NCBI GenBank assembly: GCA_029007825.1
Contig: JAQXIO010000019.1
Location: forward strand, 1,259 to 65,258
Direction: 5' to 3'
Source of the DNA: Bacteroidales bacterium
Lineage (GTDB): Bacteria > Bacteroidota > Bacteroidia > Bacteroidales > JAQXIO01
Length of the DNA: 64,000 nt
Shown: in pieces, positions 20,196 to 32,026 of the stretch
How positions within the stretch are numbered: the first letter of the stretch is position 1
Layout: the number at the start of each line of letters is the position of its first letter
Made by a program: the position numbers and the translations under genes
The notes under the pieces: model-generated
Database searches by the model: none
The model's input: the letters and a program-made list of their open reading frames with translations, nothing else
What the model was told of the DNA's origin: nothing

Positions 20196-22367
20196 TTATT
20201 TTTCAGTAATCCTGACAATCATTCCTTTCTCTGGGCCGTATACAGGCCAGCTTATTCCTGTTTTTCTTAAATATTCACCGTTGAAAGAGTGTTCGGGTTG
20301 TGAAGATGCAGGATGGCCGCATAACTCTATCTGATAATTTTTTTCATCGTTTAAGCCTAAGAGCTTCAGATTACTATTTCCTCTTTCATTGAAATTTCCG
20401 TTCGGAAATAATTCTGCCATGTTGTAGCAAAAAACAACAGCGCTGTCTGCGTTTTCATTTACATATTCAATTGCACATCTGTTCCCTTCGAAAGGAGAGA
20501 GCAGGCGATAGGTAGTTCCTTGCTGAACCAAGGGGCGAAGTTCCTTGTACAGAGCGATTTTTTGTTTTGCGGTTTTTATCTCTGTCTCATTCCATTTCGA
20601 TAAATCGTTTCCTATGCCCAGTACTCCTGACATAGAGACGTCGAACTTGAAATCTAATGAGTTATCGGCCGGTCCGTCAGTAGTCCAGGAGACCATAGTA
20701 TTGGCCGGCAATGCACTAAGATAGCCGTATTGAATGAACAGGCGGTCGATCGGATTGGTGTTATCGCTGGCCCATGCCTGATCCATGCGAGCTAACATGC
20801 CCAGATCGGCACGTCCGCCGCCCCCCGAGCAGGTTTCAAACCAAACCTTGGGAAATCTTGTTCTAAGCGTTTCTATCAGGCGGTAAAGGTTTTGTATGTA
20901 GCGAATACGTACTTCTTTTTGCTTGTCGGGAGAAACCACCGGCCAACCTGGCTCGGACAACGTACGGTTGTGATCCCATTTAATAAATTTGATATTGTGT
21001 TCTTTTAATAATTGGGTAAAACTTTCAAGCAAATATTGGTATACGTCTTCCCTTGCTAAATTTAAAGTGAGCTGGTTGCGGGCTTCCGTTCTTTTCCTGT
21101 TTGGAAAATAAAGAACCCAATCGGGATGTTTTCGGTATAAGTCGCTATTAGGATTAATCATTTCCGGTTCGATCCATATACCGAAATCCATTCCCATATT
21201 ATTGATTTTTTGTATGAGAGGGTTTAGTCCGTTCGGGAATTTGTTTTTATCTACGGTCCAGTCGCCTAATCCGGCATGGTCGTTGATTCTTCCTTTGAAC
21301 CATCCATCGTCTATTACAAATAGTTCGACTCCGATTTCTTTTGCTGTTTCTGCCAGTTTTAACTGGTTTGCTTCCGTTACGTCGAATTCTGTTGCGTACC
21401 AACTATTGTAGAGAACCGGTCTTAGTTGATTCCTGTGTTTTTCGGGTAAAATGGTTTTGCGGACGTAACCGGCCATATTTTGTGCGGCTCCTTCGCTGCC
21501 GTTTTCTGTATATCCGATAATGAGTCTGGGACTTTCGAACGATTCTCCGGGCTTCAGAGACCATGACGTATCCCAGAAATTAATTCCGGATGTAATCTGA
21601 AGTCTTTGATTGTAGAATGTTTCGAAGTTAATGATCCAGTTTCCACTGTATTGAATAGCTCCGAAATAGGCAGTGCCTCTGTATTTATCTTTTTCTTCTT
21701 TTGGGCGCAGCATAAACCATGCTGGTGTATCGTACGATTTAAAATCTCTTGCCTGCAGAGTCTTGACACCCGGCGTCAGAATGGTTTCGTAAAGTTGAAA
21801 TTCGGCACCCCATCTTCCTCCTAAATGAGTGAGCTCATACGAATCGGGAGGTAGTATGATGCTTCCGGATTGCAGATTTTCGATTAATATATCGCCTTTT
21901 CGTCCGGTATTGTGCACTGTGATCCATTTTTCAAGTATGTCGAATTCAGGTAATACACGGATATAAGAAACTACTTCCAAGGGATAGTACCGATCTTTTT
22001 GTGTAATTTTTAAAGTTTGTCTGTTGTCGATTTCAATAATTTCACTGTTAACAAACTGAAGATCCAAATCGCGGACATGATCTGGAAATGTGACTTCAAG
22101 AATGGGCAGCTTGTCGGGCATTCCGCCTCTGTAGGGAATCTCTGTTATCGATTGAGGTAGCTCCGGAATGTCTTTATTGGCAGAGGTGCCGTAAAAGACC
22201 GGTTTTACATAGTCTTGATTGTCAACGATCAGTTTGTATGAAGAGTTGTTTGTAGAGATAATCCATCCTTTAGGGTTTTCGGTTTCCTGAATGTAGGAAT
22301 TTCCGGCGAATAGAATAGTGTTTACTGTAGTAAACAGGAAAATAAGAACAGAGTATAAACTTTTCAT
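20196..22367 (-). CDS. Alpha-galactosidase, glycoside hydrolase family 36
   Basis: Track ORF 20196..22436. Start MKSLYSVLIFLF (signal peptide, ATG 22367). GH36 core motifs FVIDDGWF, IKWDHN and CSGGGGRADLG. Confidence 0.85.
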   Translation of the reverse strand: MKSLYSVLIFLFTTVNTILFAGNSYIQETENPKGWIISTNNSSYKLIVDNQDYVKPVFYGTSANKDIPELPQSITEIPYRGGMPDKLPILEVTFPDHVRDLDLQFVNSEIIEIDNRQTLKITQKDRYYPLEVVSYIRVLPEFDILEKWITVHNTGRKGDILIENLQSGSIILPPDSYELTHLGGRWGAEFQLYETILTPGVKTLQARDFKSYDTPAWFMLRPKEEKDKYRGTAYFGAIQYSGNWIINFETFYNQRLQITSGINFWDTSWSLKPGESFESPRLIIGYTENGSEGAAQNMAGYVRKTILPEKHRNQLRPVLYNSWYATEFDVTEANQLKLAETAKEIGVELFVIDDGWFKGRINDHAGLGDWTVDKNKFPNGLNPLIQKINNMGMDFGIWIEPEMINPNSDLYRKHPDWVLYFPNRKRTEARNQLTLNLAREDVYQYLLESFTQLLKEHNIKFIKWDHNRTLSEPGWPVVSPDKQKEVRIRYIQNLYRLIETLRTRFPKVWFETCSGGGGRADLGMLARMDQAWASDNTNPIDRLFIQYGYLSALPANTMVSWTTDGPADNSLDFKFDVSMSGVLGIGNDLSKWNETEIKTAKQKIALYKELRPLVQQGTTYRLLSPFEGNRCAIEYVNENADSAVVFCYNMAELFPNGNFNERGNSNLKLLGLNDEKNYQIELCGHPASSQPEHSFNGEYLRKTGISWPVYGPEKGMIVRITEK

Positions 22368-22524
22368 GTTAAACCAGATAAAAAGAGTATTAGAAAAATA
22401 CTTGCAAGATACTTTAAAATCGCCAGAAACCGGCATTTCGACTTCGGAAAATTATAATTTTTTTTTGGTTAAAAAAAAGCCTCCTAAAAAACCTTAAGAC
22501 TGTATTTAGATGATGATATTTTGT

Positions 22525-22532
22525 TACCTTTG
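22525..22532 (+). promoter_or_regulatory. -7 box TACCTTTG upstream of pckA
   Basis: TAnnTTTG match 73 nt upstream of ATG 22605. Confidence 0.5.
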
Positions 22533-22604
22533 TATGCGGTATAAGAGGCAATTAGCTATTGTTTTATATATTCACGAATCAAAATTTTTAAAATCATTCT
22601 GAAA

Positions 22605-24215
22605 ATGGCAAATTTAGATTTAACCAAGTATGGAATTGTGGGTACAACGGAGATTGTACACAATCCTTCTTACGATCAGCTCTTCAAAGAGGAGACTAAG
22701 CCCGGTTTGCAAGGTTTTGAAAAAGGCCAAGTAACCGATATGGGTGCAGTAAATGTAATGACCGGTGTTTATACAGGTCGTTCGCCTAAAGATAAATTCT
22801 TTGTAAAAGACGCTACTACTGAAAATACCGTATGGTGGACTTCAGAAGAATATAAAAATGACAATAAACCGGTTGACCAGAAATGTTGGAATGCTGTTAA
22901 AGATTTGGCAGTAAAAGAACTTTCAAATAAGAGATTGTTTGTTGTTGATGCATTTTGCGGTGCAAACGAAAATTCTCGTTTAAAACTGCGTTTTATTATG
23001 GAAGTGGCATGGCAGGCTCATTTCGTAACAAACATGTTTATCCGTCCTACAGCAGAAGAGCTGGCTAATTTCGGAGAACCTGATTTTGTTATTATGAATG
23101 CTTCTAAAGCCAAAGTTGAAAACTACAAAGAATTAGGATTGAACTCTGAAACTGCAGTTGTATTTAATTTGACTGAAAAGATGCAGGTTATCCTGAATAC
23201 ATGGTACGGCGGTGAAATGAAGAAAGGTATGTTCTCTTATATGAACTACTTGTTGCCTCTTAGAGGAATGGCTTCTATGCACTGTTCTGCCAATACGGAT
23301 AAAGAAGGTAAAAATACAGCTATATTCTTCGGTTTGTCAGGTACGGGTAAAACAACTTTATCAACTGACCCGAAACGTCTTTTGATCGGTGACGATGAGC
23401 ATGGATGGGATGACGAAGGTGTATTTAACTTTGAAGGCGGTTGCTATGCTAAGGTTATCAATCTGGATAAGGATAGCGAACCGGATATCTGGAATGCAAT
23501 CAAACGTGATGCTCTTCTTGAAAATGTTACGGTTGATGCTAACGGAAAGATTGATTTTGCAGATAAGAGTGTAACGGAAAATACACGTGTATCTTATCCT
23601 ATTTATCATATCGATAATATTGTTAAACCGGTTTCTAAAGGGGGGCCTGCTCAACAGGTTATCTTCTTGTCAGCTGATGCATTCGGCGTATTGCCTCCGG
23701 TATCTATTCTGACTCCGGAGCAAACAAAATATTATTTCTTATCCGGATTTACTGCTAAGTTAGCAGGTACAGAACGCGGAATTACCGAACCGACTCCTAC
23801 ATTCTCAGCTTGTTTCGGTGCTGCATTCCTTTCTTTGCACCCTACAAAATATGGTGAAGAATTAGTGAAGAAAATGGAAAAATCAGGAGCTAAGGCTTAT
23901 TTGGTAAATACAGGATGGAACGGTTCTGGTAAGAGAATCTCTATCAAAGATACCCGTGGTATTATCGATGCCATTCTCGATGGTTCTATCGATAAGGCTC
24001 CTACTAAAATAATTCCTTTCTTTGATTTTGTAGTACCTACTGCTCTTCCGGGTGTTGATCCGAAGATCCTTGATCCGCGCGATACTTATGCTGATCCTGC
24101 CCAGTGGACGGAAAAGGCAAAAGACTTGGCTGCACGTTTCCAGAAGAACTTTGCTAAGTTTACAGGAAATGAAGCTGGTAAAGCATTGGTAAATGCGGGC
24201 CCTAAAGTAGACTGA
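22605..24215 (+). CDS. pckA: Phosphoenolpyruvate carboxykinase (ATP)
   Basis: 536 aa. [12 protein letters not shown]-loop, IGDDEHGW, and the [18 protein letters not shown]-terminal motif. Confidence 0.95.
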   Translation: MANLDLTKYGIVGTTEIVHNPSYDQLFKEETKPGLQGFEKGQVTDMGAVNVMTGVYTGRSPKDKFFVKDATTENTVWWTSEEYKNDNKPVDQKCWNAVKDLAVKELSNKRLFVVDAFCGANENSRLKLRFIMEVAWQAHFVTNMFIRPTAEELANFGEPDFVIMNASKAKVENYKELGLNSETAVVFNLTEKMQVILNTWYGGEMKKGMFSYMNYLLPLRGMASMHCSANTDKEGKNTAIFFGLSGTGKTTLSTDPKRLLIGDDEHGWDDEGVFNFEGGCYAKVINLDKDSEPDIWNAIKRDALLENVTVDANGKIDFADKSVTENTRVSYPIYHIDNIVKPVSKGGPAQQVIFLSADAFGVLPPVSILTPEQTKYYFLSGFTAKLAGTERGITEPTPTFSACFGAAFLSLHPTKYGEELVKKMEKSGAKAYLVNTGWNGSGKRISIKDTRGIIDAILDGSIDKAPTKIIPFFDFVVPTALPGVDPKILDPRDTYADPAQWTEKAKDLAARFQKNFAKFTGNEAGKALVNAGPKVD

Positions 24216-24240
24216 TTAAGCGAATTATTATAATTGAAAC

Positions 24241-24271
24241 GGGACATTTCTCAGAAATGTCCCGTTTTTTT
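24241..24271 (+). terminator. Rho-independent terminator of pckA
   Basis: GGGACATTTC (24241..24250) pairs with GAAATGTCCC (24254..24263), followed by GTTTTTTT. Confidence 0.8.
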
Positions 24272-24331
24272 ATCACTAAATTAATGATTGAAAAAAAATT
24301 GCCGAATGTCTTTTTACAATTGAACCGGATG

Positions 24332-27124
24332 TTAAGATTGTAACTTTTCTTTTAAAAAACGTCCGGTGTAGGATTCTGCGCATTGCGCAATGTCCTCGGG
24401 CGTACCCGTACAGACAACATAGCCGCCTTTGTCGCCACCTTCGGGACCTATATCGATCACATGGTCGGAACATTTGATTACGTCCATATTATGTTCTATT
24501 ACTACGATAGTATGGCCTCTGCTTAATAAGGCATCGAATGCGTTGAGTAATGTTTTTATATCATGAAAATGGAGACCTGTAGTAGGCTCGTCGAAAATAA
24601 ATAGGGTTGGCTCCTGTCTTTCTTCTCCGAGATAATAGGCCAGTTTAACACGCTGGTTTTCTCCGCCCGATAGTGTAGAAGACGATTGCCCGAGTTTAAC
24701 ATAACCCAGTCCTACATCTATAAGTGGTTTGAGCTTTTTCACAATTTTTTCTTCCTGGCTGCCCTTTGTTTCCGAGAAAAAGCTGATGGCCTCTTCTATC
24801 GAAAGTTCCAGTATATCGTAAATACTTTTGCCTCTGTATAAGACTTCCAATATTTCTTTTTTGAAACGCTTTCCTCCACATGACTCACAGGTCAGTCTCA
24901 GATCGGCCATAAATTGCATTTCAACGAGTATGAAGCCTTCTCCTTTACATTCTTCACATCGTCCTCCGTCTACGTTAAAAGAGAAGAATGCCGGTGTGTA
25001 ATCGAGCTGACGTGCCAAAGGCTGTTCGGAAAAAAGTTTCCGAATTTCATCGTATGCCTTGACGTATGTTACTGGATTGGACCTGGAGGATTTTCCGATA
25101 GGGTTTTGGTCTACATATTCTACGGATTGGATGAGATCATAATCACCGGTAAGATTGTCCATTTGCAGGGATTGTACACTGGCTCCGTCTTTTTTTCTTT
25201 TTAATCCTTCATAGAAGAGGTCTTTGACAAGAGTTGATTTGCCTGATCCGCTTACTCCGGTAACGGATGTCATTGCAAAAAGTGGAAATTTGACATCAAT
25301 TCCTTTCAGGTTATGTAATCTGGCTCCTTTTACTTCGATAAATTGGTTCCAGCGTCTTCGTGCCGGTGGAACGATGATTTGTTCTGTTCCGTTTAAATAT
25401 GCCGTTGTGAGGCTTTTTGTGGCTTTTTTGATATCTTTACTGTCTCCCTGATAGACAACTTTTCCCCCCAGGCTTCCAGCTCCCGGGCCTATATCGATAA
25501 TATAGTCGGCTGCCCGGATAATTTCTTCGTCGTGTTCTACGACAATCACCGTATTTCCGAGGGATTGCAATTGTTTCAAGACTTTTATAAGCAGGTCGGT
25601 ATCGCGAGAATGGAGACCTATGCTCGGTTCATCGAGAATGTATAGTGAGCCGACAAGAGCACTGCCTAACGAGGTCGCCAGGTTAATGCGCTGGCTCTCT
25701 CCACCGGAAAGCGTGGATGAGAGACGATCGAGAGTCAGGTAGCCTAAACCTACATTTATGAGAAAATCGATCCGGTTATTGATTTCAACCAGAATGCGTT
25801 TGGCTATTTTTTCCTCATGCTCGTCTAATTGGAGCGACTGGAAAAATTCTCTCAGTCCGGTAATCGGCATTGTTACCAGTTCTGCAATATTTTTATTCCC
25901 GATGTGTATATAGAGGGCCTCTTTTTTAAGACGGCTTCCTTCACATTCAGGGCATATTGTTTTGCCTTTGTAACGTGCCAGCATGACACGGTTCTGTATT
26001 TTGTAAAGGTTTTCTTCGAGGAAGGAAAAAAAATCATTTATCCCGTAAAGTCCAGGACGGCCTTTCCACAACAGATCTTTTTCAGCTTTTGTTAATTCTT
26101 GATAAGGCCTGTGTATAGGGAAGTTATATGCAGCACTGTGTTCGATAAAGAATTGCTTGAATTCCTGCATCTTTTCTCCACGCCAGCAGACAACGGCATC
26201 ATCGTATATGGAGAGAGATTTATTGGGTACCACAAGGTCTTCATCTATTCCCAATACTTTTCCGAATCCTTCACATTTGGGGCATGCACCGATTGGATTA
26301 TTAAAATTGAACATGCTGTCTGACGGTTCTTCAAACTGAATACCATCGGCTTCGAAATGTGTGGAAAATTCTTGTGTGATTATTCCATTATCGCTATATG
26401 CTTTAATTATGGCAATTCCTCCGCCTTCGAAAAATGCGGTTTCAATAGAATCTGTTGCCCGGCTTAAGAAATCTTTTTCGTTTGAGACGGTGAATCGGTC
26501 TATTAACAGTAATGGTTGTTTTTTACCGATTAATGAGGGGGTCTCGATTACCTGGTCTATCCGGAATAGTTCTCCGTCTATTTCGATACGTGAATATCCT
26601 TCTTTGAGAAAAACCTCCAATTGTTGTAACAGTGTTCGTCCGGATCGTACCTGTATGTTTGTAAGCAACATGATCCGTGTATTCTCTGGATAAGATAGAA
26701 TATATTTGAGGACATCTTCCGTAGAATGTTTTTTTACCTCTTTTCCTGTTACCGGAGAGATGGTTTTGCCTATTCGCGCATAGAGTAAACGGAGGTATTC
26801 ATATATCTCTGTCGATGTTCCGACGGTTGAACGGGGATTGCGGGTATTTACTTTTTGTTCGATTGCAATAGCCGGAGGGATACCTTTTATGTAGTCACAT
26901 TCGGGTTTGCTCATCCTTCCTAAAAATTGTCGGGCATACGCCGAAAGGCTTTCGACATAACGTCTTTGCCCTTCGGCATAAAGAGTATCGAAAGCCAGAG
27001 ACGATTTTCCCGACCCAGACAATCCGGTTATAACTATGAGTCGGTTGCGGGGAATCTCAACATCACTGTTTTTAAGATTATTGATGCGTGCACCTTTTAT
27101 TTGTATAGAAGAGTTTCTACTCAT
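24332..27124 (-). CDS. uvrA: Excinuclease ABC subunit A
   Basis: Track ORF 24332..27154. Start [17 protein letters not shown] (ATG 27124), downstream of a -7 box. Two ABC modules (GLSGSGKSS and GVSGSGKST), LSGGE signatures and CxxC zinc modules. Confidence 0.95.
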   Translation of the reverse strand: MSRNSSIQIKGARINNLKNSDVEIPRNRLIVITGLSGSGKSSLAFDTLYAEGQRRYVESLSAYARQFLGRMSKPECDYIKGIPPAIAIEQKVNTRNPRSTVGTSTEIYEYLRLLYARIGKTISPVTGKEVKKHSTEDVLKYILSYPENTRIMLLTNIQVRSGRTLLQQLEVFLKEGYSRIEIDGELFRIDQVIETPSLIGKKQPLLLIDRFTVSNEKDFLSRATDSIETAFFEGGGIAIIKAYSDNGIITQEFSTHFEADGIQFEEPSDSMFNFNNPIGACPKCEGFGKVLGIDEDLVVPNKSLSIYDDAVVCWRGEKMQEFKQFFIEHSAAYNFPIHRPYQELTKAEKDLLWKGRPGLYGINDFFSFLEENLYKIQNRVMLARYKGKTICPECEGSRLKKEALYIHIGNKNIAELVTMPITGLREFFQSLQLDEHEEKIAKRILVEINNRIDFLINVGLGYLTLDRLSSTLSGGESQRINLATSLGSALVGSLYILDEPSIGLHSRDTDLLIKVLKQLQSLGNTVIVVEHDEEIIRAADYIIDIGPGAGSLGGKVVYQGDSKDIKKATKSLTTAYLNGTEQIIVPPARRRWNQFIEVKGARLHNLKGIDVKFPLFAMTSVTGVSGSGKSTLVKDLFYEGLKRKKDGASVQSLQMDNLTGDYDLIQSVEYVDQNPIGKSSRSNPVTYVKAYDEIRKLFSEQPLARQLDYTPAFFSFNVDGGRCEECKGEGFILVEMQFMADLRLTCESCGGKRFKKEILEVLYRGKSIYDILELSIEEAISFFSETKGSQEEKIVKKLKPLIDVGLGYVKLGQSSSTLSGGENQRVKLAYYLGEERQEPTLFIFDEPTTGLHFHDIKTLLNAFDALLSRGHTIVVIEHNMDVIKCSDHVIDIGPEGGDKGGYVVCTGTPEDIAQCAESYTGRFLKEKLQS

Positions 27125-27142
27125 GAAGCATAAATATATTAC

Positions 27143-27150
27143 ACAAAGAT
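27143..27150 (-). promoter_or_regulatory. -7 box (TATCTTTG on the minus strand) upstream of uvrA
   Basis: TAnnTTTG match 19 nt upstream of ATG 27124. It lies inside the longer track ORF, so the shorter start is preferred. Confidence 0.5.
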
Positions 27151-27200
27151 ACAAACTTTCATCCGAAAGTGGAGATGAGTGGGAGTTCCCTTCTCTTCAT

Positions 27201-27240
27201 AAAAAAAGGATGCCTTAATTAAGGCATCCTTTTTATTTTT
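27201..27240 (-). terminator. Rho-independent terminator downstream of the TPR lipoprotein gene
   Basis: AGGATGCC pairs with GGCATCCT around a TTAATTAA loop, with A/T runs on both sides. Confidence 0.7.
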
Positions 27241-27255
27241 GTATATGACTTAGGA

Positions 27256-28950
27256 TTATTTTACTAAGCTTGCGAATTCTGAATTGCTGAAATATTTAGC
27301 AAATTCAAGGTCAGTAGCAGCTTCCTGAGCCATTGATCTATCCATTTGGATAGCTGTTTTCAAGTTGTTGATAACACCGCTCTGGTTGTTTGTACGAGCT
27401 GCAACGACTGCTTTCAGGTAAGAAGTAAGAGCATCAGGATTTTCAACGCCGTTCAATGTAGATTGAGCTTTGTTGTAGTCCTTAGCAAGGATTTGTGCGA
27501 TAGCAGCGTTGTTTGTCTTAGCAGAACCGAATGCGTTAACAGCTTTTGCATATTCGCCGTTTTCGATGTAAAGGATACCAAGAGCTTCTCCTAACTCAGG
27601 AGTTCCGGCAGCTTTACCGAAGTATTGTTCTGCAGTAGATTTGTCACCTTTAGCCAAGGCGATCAAACCGAGGTTCATATTTACTTCAGGAGCGTTAGGT
27701 GCGATCTGAGCAGCTTTTTTGAATAAGTTTTCAGCGTCAGAGATTTTACCTTGTTCGAATTCAACCATTCCTAAGTTGTTGTAACCACGGAAATCGTTCG
27801 GGTAGATCTGAGTAGCACTCTTGTAGATAGCAGCTTTTTCGTTCAATGATTTAGTAAGAGTTGCAGCATAAAGCAATTCTTCTACATTGAGCGATTTAGG
27901 ATCGCTTGAAGCAAGAGATTTGATTTCTTCGTCTGATTTACCAATAGTTTCAACGTTAGCAGTTAATTTAGAACGTCTCAGTTTCGGAAGGATTTCTTCA
28001 GCAAGATAGCTGAATACAGAGCTCATTTTCTTCAACTCAGCATCTCTTTGTTCAGGATCAGAATACATTGAAAGAACACGTAAAACGAGGTCTTTATCCT
28101 GCATGTTTGATTTTTCAACCAATTCTTTGAAACCAGCCCAGTCTTCAGCTGTGTAACGAGCATCAACAGGAACGTCGCTGATTTTTTCTTTCTTGAATGT
28201 TTTGTCAAGATATTTGCTTGTATTCTTTTCACGATTTTCAGAAAGATTCGTGTTCAGTTCAAGAGGACCATCAGGAGAAGCATATGCCTGAATTTCTACG
28301 GCTACATTTTTATTAGGAGCTTCGTTAGCATCTTTTACTGTAGAGTTCCAGTCTTTCATTGCTTCGCTTTTCAACTGGTTGTCACGAATAACAGCTTGTT
28401 GAATCAAGAACATAATGTCTGCAACGTATGCATCTTTTGTGATACGTTGGAATTTGTCAGGAGCAATAGCCGGAGTAGAATTTTCTGCTGTAGCCAATTC
28501 TGAAGTAGAAATTACACCGTCAGCAACTTTAAGATCGGGAAGTTTTACGGTCTTTTTTCCAACTTTAGCATTGAAAACAAGGTAAAGCTCTGATTTTCTC
28601 ATAGCAGGAACATACTTGAATGAGCTAGTCATCGTAATGCTTGCTCCTTCTTTGTAAGGAACTACCATATTGTTACCTTTAACCTTTTCTCCCTGGAAAG
28701 TATAAGCTGTACCAACAGCTTCACCTCCTTGATATCTCAAAACAGGAGTTACGGTTACTGTGGCTTTCTTTACAAACCATTTTGCAGGAACAGTAGCATT
28801 GATAGTCACGGGAACTTGTCCGGCCACCGCTTCCAGTGGATTCGGATTTACTTTGATGTTATCTTGTGACAGAGGCTTGAGCTTCGCACAAGAAGAGAAC
28901 GATACGATTGCTGCCAAAACAATTATTGGCAAATAGAACTTGTTACTCAT
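27256..28950 (-). CDS. Lipoprotein with C-terminal tetratricopeptide repeats
   Basis: 564 aa. Lipobox FSSC. TPR units near the C-terminus (YNNLGMVEFEQGKISDAENLFKKAAQIAPNAPEVNMNLGLIALAKGD). Confidence 0.7.
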   Translation of the reverse strand: MSNKFYLPIIVLAAIVSFSSCAKLKPLSQDNIKVNPNPLEAVAGQVPVTINATVPAKWFVKKATVTVTPVLRYQGGEAVGTAYTFQGEKVKGNNMVVPYKEGASITMTSSFKYVPAMRKSELYLVFNAKVGKKTVKLPDLKVADGVISTSELATAENSTPAIAPDKFQRITKDAYVADIMFLIQQAVIRDNQLKSEAMKDWNSTVKDANEAPNKNVAVEIQAYASPDGPLELNTNLSENREKNTSKYLDKTFKKEKISDVPVDARYTAEDWAGFKELVEKSNMQDKDLVLRVLSMYSDPEQRDAELKKMSSVFSYLAEEILPKLRRSKLTANVETIGKSDEEIKSLASSDPKSLNVEELLYAATLTKSLNEKAAIYKSATQIYPNDFRGYNNLGMVEFEQGKISDAENLFKKAAQIAPNAPEVNMNLGLIALAKGDKSTAEQYFGKAAGTPELGEALGILYIENGEYAKAVNAFGSAKTNNAAIAQILAKDYNKAQSTLNGVENPDALTSYLKAVVAARTNNQSGVINNLKTAIQMDRSMAQEAATDLEFAKYFSNSEFASLVK

Positions 28951-29014
28951 AACAGAAAAATTAGGTAAGTTGTTTATTAATTCATTTATATTTAAATCCT
29001 TTCCTTACAACGCG

Positions 29015-29022
29015 CAAATGTA
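29015..29022 (-). promoter_or_regulatory. -7 box (TACATTTG on the minus strand) upstream of the TPR lipoprotein gene
   Basis: TAnnTTTG match 65 nt upstream of ATG 28950. Confidence 0.45.
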
Positions 29023-29090
29023 GATGTTTTTCTAATAAGCGGAGCAAATTTAATACTTTTTAATAACAATTTTTTGTATAATTCTCCGTT

Positions 29091-30029
29091 TTACTTCTTA
29101 TCTGCTGAAAAAGAGGGCGAAAAACCTGCCTTATTGTACCATGGATGATGTGCTAGAATTTCTTCCCGAAGATGTTGATTGTTCACATGGGTATATATTT
29201 CGGTTGTCGTGATTTTTTCATGACCGAGCATAGCTTGAATAGCTCTTAAATTTGCGCCTCCTTCTAAAAGATGAGATGCAAATGAGTGTCTGAAAGTATG
29301 GGGGCTTACATTTTTCTTGATACCGGCAAGTTCGGTTAGTTCTTTAATTATGTGGAATACCATAATCCGGGATAGGGCAGTTCCTCTCCGGCTTAAAAAT
29401 AAGGTATCTTCAAATCCTTTTTTACATTCGATTTTGTTCCTGTCCGGATAATAAAGTTTAATTTCATGAATGGCTTTTGATGAAATCGGTATCAACCGTT
29501 GTTTGTCTCCTTTACCTATTACTCTGATGAACCCTTCGTCGAAATACAGATCAGAAAATCTGAGAGTGATAAGTTCCGATACACGTAAGCCACAACTATA
29601 TAGGGTTTCCAATATCGCTTTATTGCGTTGCCCCTCGTCTTTTGAAAGGTCGATTGCCGATAAGATGGCATCTATTTCTTCGATGGAAAGGACTTCCGGG
29701 AGCCGGAAACCTATTTTGGGAGATTCTACTAATTCTGCGGGATCATGCTCTATTTTTCCTTCTATGGTTAAATAACGGTAAAATGATTTAATACCCGATA
29801 ATATCCTTGCCTGCGAACGAGGATGGATGCCAATATTGGATAAGAGGGACATGAACCGATGAAGAGTGTCGACCGTTATTTCCTGTAGAGTGATATGTTC
29901 TGTTTCCAAAAAAGATAGGAGTTTATCGACATCCCTAAGATAGGCGTCAATAGAATTGGGAGAGTGACCGCACTCCAATTTCAGGTAAAGAGTGTAATCT
30001 TTGAGAAGATTGTGAGTTGCCGTTTCCAT
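29091..30029 (-). CDS. xerD: Site-specific tyrosine recombinase XerD (chromosome dimer resolution)
   Basis: 312 aa. HTFRHSFASHLLEGGANLRAIQAMLGHEKITTTEIYTHV carries the catalytic HxxR...H...Y. It is divergent from aroQ, as in other Bacteroidales. Confidence 0.85.
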   Translation of the reverse strand: METATHNLLKDYTLYLKLECGHSPNSIDAYLRDVDKLLSFLETEHITLQEITVDTLHRFMSLLSNIGIHPRSQARILSGIKSFYRYLTIEGKIEHDPAELVESPKIGFRLPEVLSIEEIDAILSAIDLSKDEGQRNKAILETLYSCGLRVSELITLRFSDLYFDEGFIRVIGKGDKQRLIPISSKAIHEIKLYYPDRNKIECKKGFEDTLFLSRRGTALSRIMVFHIIKELTELAGIKKNVSPHTFRHSFASHLLEGGANLRAIQAMLGHEKITTTEIYTHVNNQHLREEILAHHPWYNKAGFSPSFSADKK

Positions 30030-30050
30030 ATCTCTTTATATAAAAATAAC

Positions 30051-30058
30051 TATCTTTG
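30051..30058 (+). promoter_or_regulatory. -7 box TATCTTTG upstream of aroQ-pyk
   Basis: TAnnTTTG match. It overlaps the track start at 30056, so the ATG at 30107 is the likely start. Confidence 0.5.
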
Positions 30059-30106
30059 CACTCTGCAGCAATATATGCAAAAATAGATATAATTATCCGT
30101 AACGTT

Positions 30107-30526
30107 ATGAGAATCCAGATTATTAATGGCCCTAATTTGAATTTATTGGGGAAAAGAGAGCCTACTATCTATGGTAAAACGTCTTTTGACGGATATCTTG
30201 AGATTTTGAAAAAAGAGTTTCCGGATGTATTTATCGACTATTTTCAATCGAATATCGAGGGGGAACTTATTGACAAAATTCATGAAGTCGGATTTTCGTA
30301 TGATGGTATTATTCTTAATGCGGGAGCTTATACGCATACGTCGATTGCTCTGTACGATGCGATAAAGGCAGTTGATACTCCTGTGATAGAAGTGCATTTG
30401 TCTAATATTCAAGCCCGGGAATCGTTTCGCCACGTTTCTATGATCGCTGCGGCTTGTAAAGGTTCGATTGCCGGATTCGGAATGGATTCGTATCGGTTGG
30501 CTATGGAGGCTTTCCTGAATAAATGA
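30107..30526 (+). CDS. aroQ: Type II 3-dehydroquinate dehydratase
   Basis: MRIQIINGPNLNLLGKREPTIYG N-terminus and GIILNAGAYTHTS, then EVHLSNI, all hallmarks of AroQ. Confidence 0.9.
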   Translation: MRIQIINGPNLNLLGKREPTIYGKTSFDGYLEILKKEFPDVFIDYFQSNIEGELIDKIHEVGFSYDGIILNAGAYTHTSIALYDAIKAVDTPVIEVHLSNIQARESFRHVSMIAAACKGSIAGFGMDSYRLAMEAFLNK

Positions 30527-30568
30527 TCTGTAAAAACTATTTATTATAAGTAACTTAAGGAAAATTGT

Positions 30569-32026
30569 ATGTTGAAGAAACAAACAAAAATTGTAGCCAC
30601 TATTTCGGATAAAAAATGTGATGTTGAATTTATTCGTGCTTTGTTTAACGAGGGAATGAATGTTGTCCGTTTAAATTCGGCTCATTTGGACGAAACAGGG
30701 TTCCATAAAATTATCGATAATATCAGAGCGGTTTCTAATCGTATCGGGATTCTGATGGATACGAAGGGGCCTGAAATAAGAACGACGGTTGCAGAAACCC
30801 CCGTTGACCTGAAGTCCGGCGACACTATTCGGGTAAAGGGTGATCCGGCAGCGCTCTCTGACAGAAACTGTATCTCGGTTTCTTATTCCAATTTTGTCCG
30901 GGACATGCATGTCGGAGATCATATATTGATCGACGACGGTGAGATCGATTTATTAGTGGATAAGAAGGAAGATTCTTATTTGGTTTGTACGGCTCAGAAC
31001 GACGGAACGATAGGAAGCCGGAAAAGTGTGAATGTTCCGGGGGTACGAATAAATCTGCCGTCACTGACCGATAAGGATAAGAATAACATTTTATTCGCCA
31101 TAGAGAATAAAATAGACTTTATAGCTCATTCGTTTGTTCGTAGTAAGCAGGATGTACTGGATATTCAGAAGATATTGGATGCACATAAAAGTCCTATAAA
31201 GATTATTGCTAAAATAGAAAATCAGGAGGGTGTCGATAATATCGATGAGATACTGGAGGCTGCTTACGGAATTATGATAGCCCGGGGTGATTTGGGTATA
31301 GAGGTGCCTCAGGAAAAAATTCCCGGTATCCAGCGGGTATTGATTCGGAAATGTGTAGAGGTTAAAAAAACGGTTATAGTGGCCACCCAAATGTTGCATT
31401 CGATGATTCAGAATCCACGTCCGACAAGAGCCGAAGTGACGGATATCGCAAATGCTATTTATTATCGAACGGATGCTTTGATGCTGAGCGGGGAGACTGC
31501 CTACGGGAAATATCCTGTAGAAGCCGTACGTACGATGGCAACTATTGCTGCTGAGGCAGAAAAAACGAAGCTTTCTGCAAACGATATACGTGTTCCTTTT
31601 TCCGGAGATGATCTGGATGTTACATCGTTTCTTGCAAAACAAGCTGTAAAATCATCTTCCCGATTGGGCGTTAAGGCAATTATTACGGATAGTTATACCG
31701 GCCGGACTGCCCGTTATCTGGCGGCATTCAGGGGGAAGGCTCCTGTTTATGCGATATGCTACCGTGAACGTACTACGCGTGAACTGGCGTTATCGTATGG
31801 CATTTGGGCAGTTTATCAGCAGGAACTGAAGAATGCTCGTCAGTATTTTTTGCATGCGTTGCAGGCTTTGCTCGATACGGAGATGATAGAGCAGGATAGT
31901 TTGGTCGCTTATTTGAGTGGAAGTTTCGGAGAAGGTGGAGGAACCTCGTTCCTTGAGTTGAATTATGTAAATAAAGTATTGAAGGCAGGAGATAAGTTTG
32001 TTCTTCCAAATTATGAAAAAGAATGA
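30569..32026 (+). CDS. pyk: Pyruvate kinase
   Basis: 485 aa. MDTKGPEIRT, IAKIENQEGV, MIARGDLGIE and ATQMLHSM motifs. Confidence 0.95.
   Translation: MLKKQTKIVATISDKKCDVEFIRALFNEGMNVVRLNSAHLDETGFHKIIDNIRAVSNRIGILMDTKGPEIRTTVAETPVDLKSGDTIRVKGDPAALSDRNCISVSYSNFVRDMHVGDHILIDDGEIDLLVDKKEDSYLVCTAQNDGTIGSRKSVNVPGVRINLPSLTDKDKNNILFAIENKIDFIAHSFVRSKQDVLDIQKILDAHKSPIKIIAKIENQEGVDNIDEILEAAYGIMIARGDLGIEVPQEKIPGIQRVLIRKCVEVKKTVIVATQMLHSMIQNPRPTRAEVTDIANAIYYRTDALMLSGETAYGKYPVEAVRTMATIAAEAEKTKLSANDIRVPFSGDDLDVTSFLAKQAVKSSSRLGVKAIITDSYTGRTARYLAAFRGKAPVYAICYRERTTRELALSYGIWAVYQQELKNARQYFLHALQALLDTEMIEQDSLVAYLSGSFGEGGGTSFLELNYVNKVLKAGDKFVLPNYEKE

Noticed and set aside
29091-30029. A tyrosine recombinase that might mark an integrated mobile element.
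   Set aside because: The sequence and its divergent pairing with aroQ-pyk match housekeeping XerD. The flanks have normal composition, with no repeats or cargo genes.
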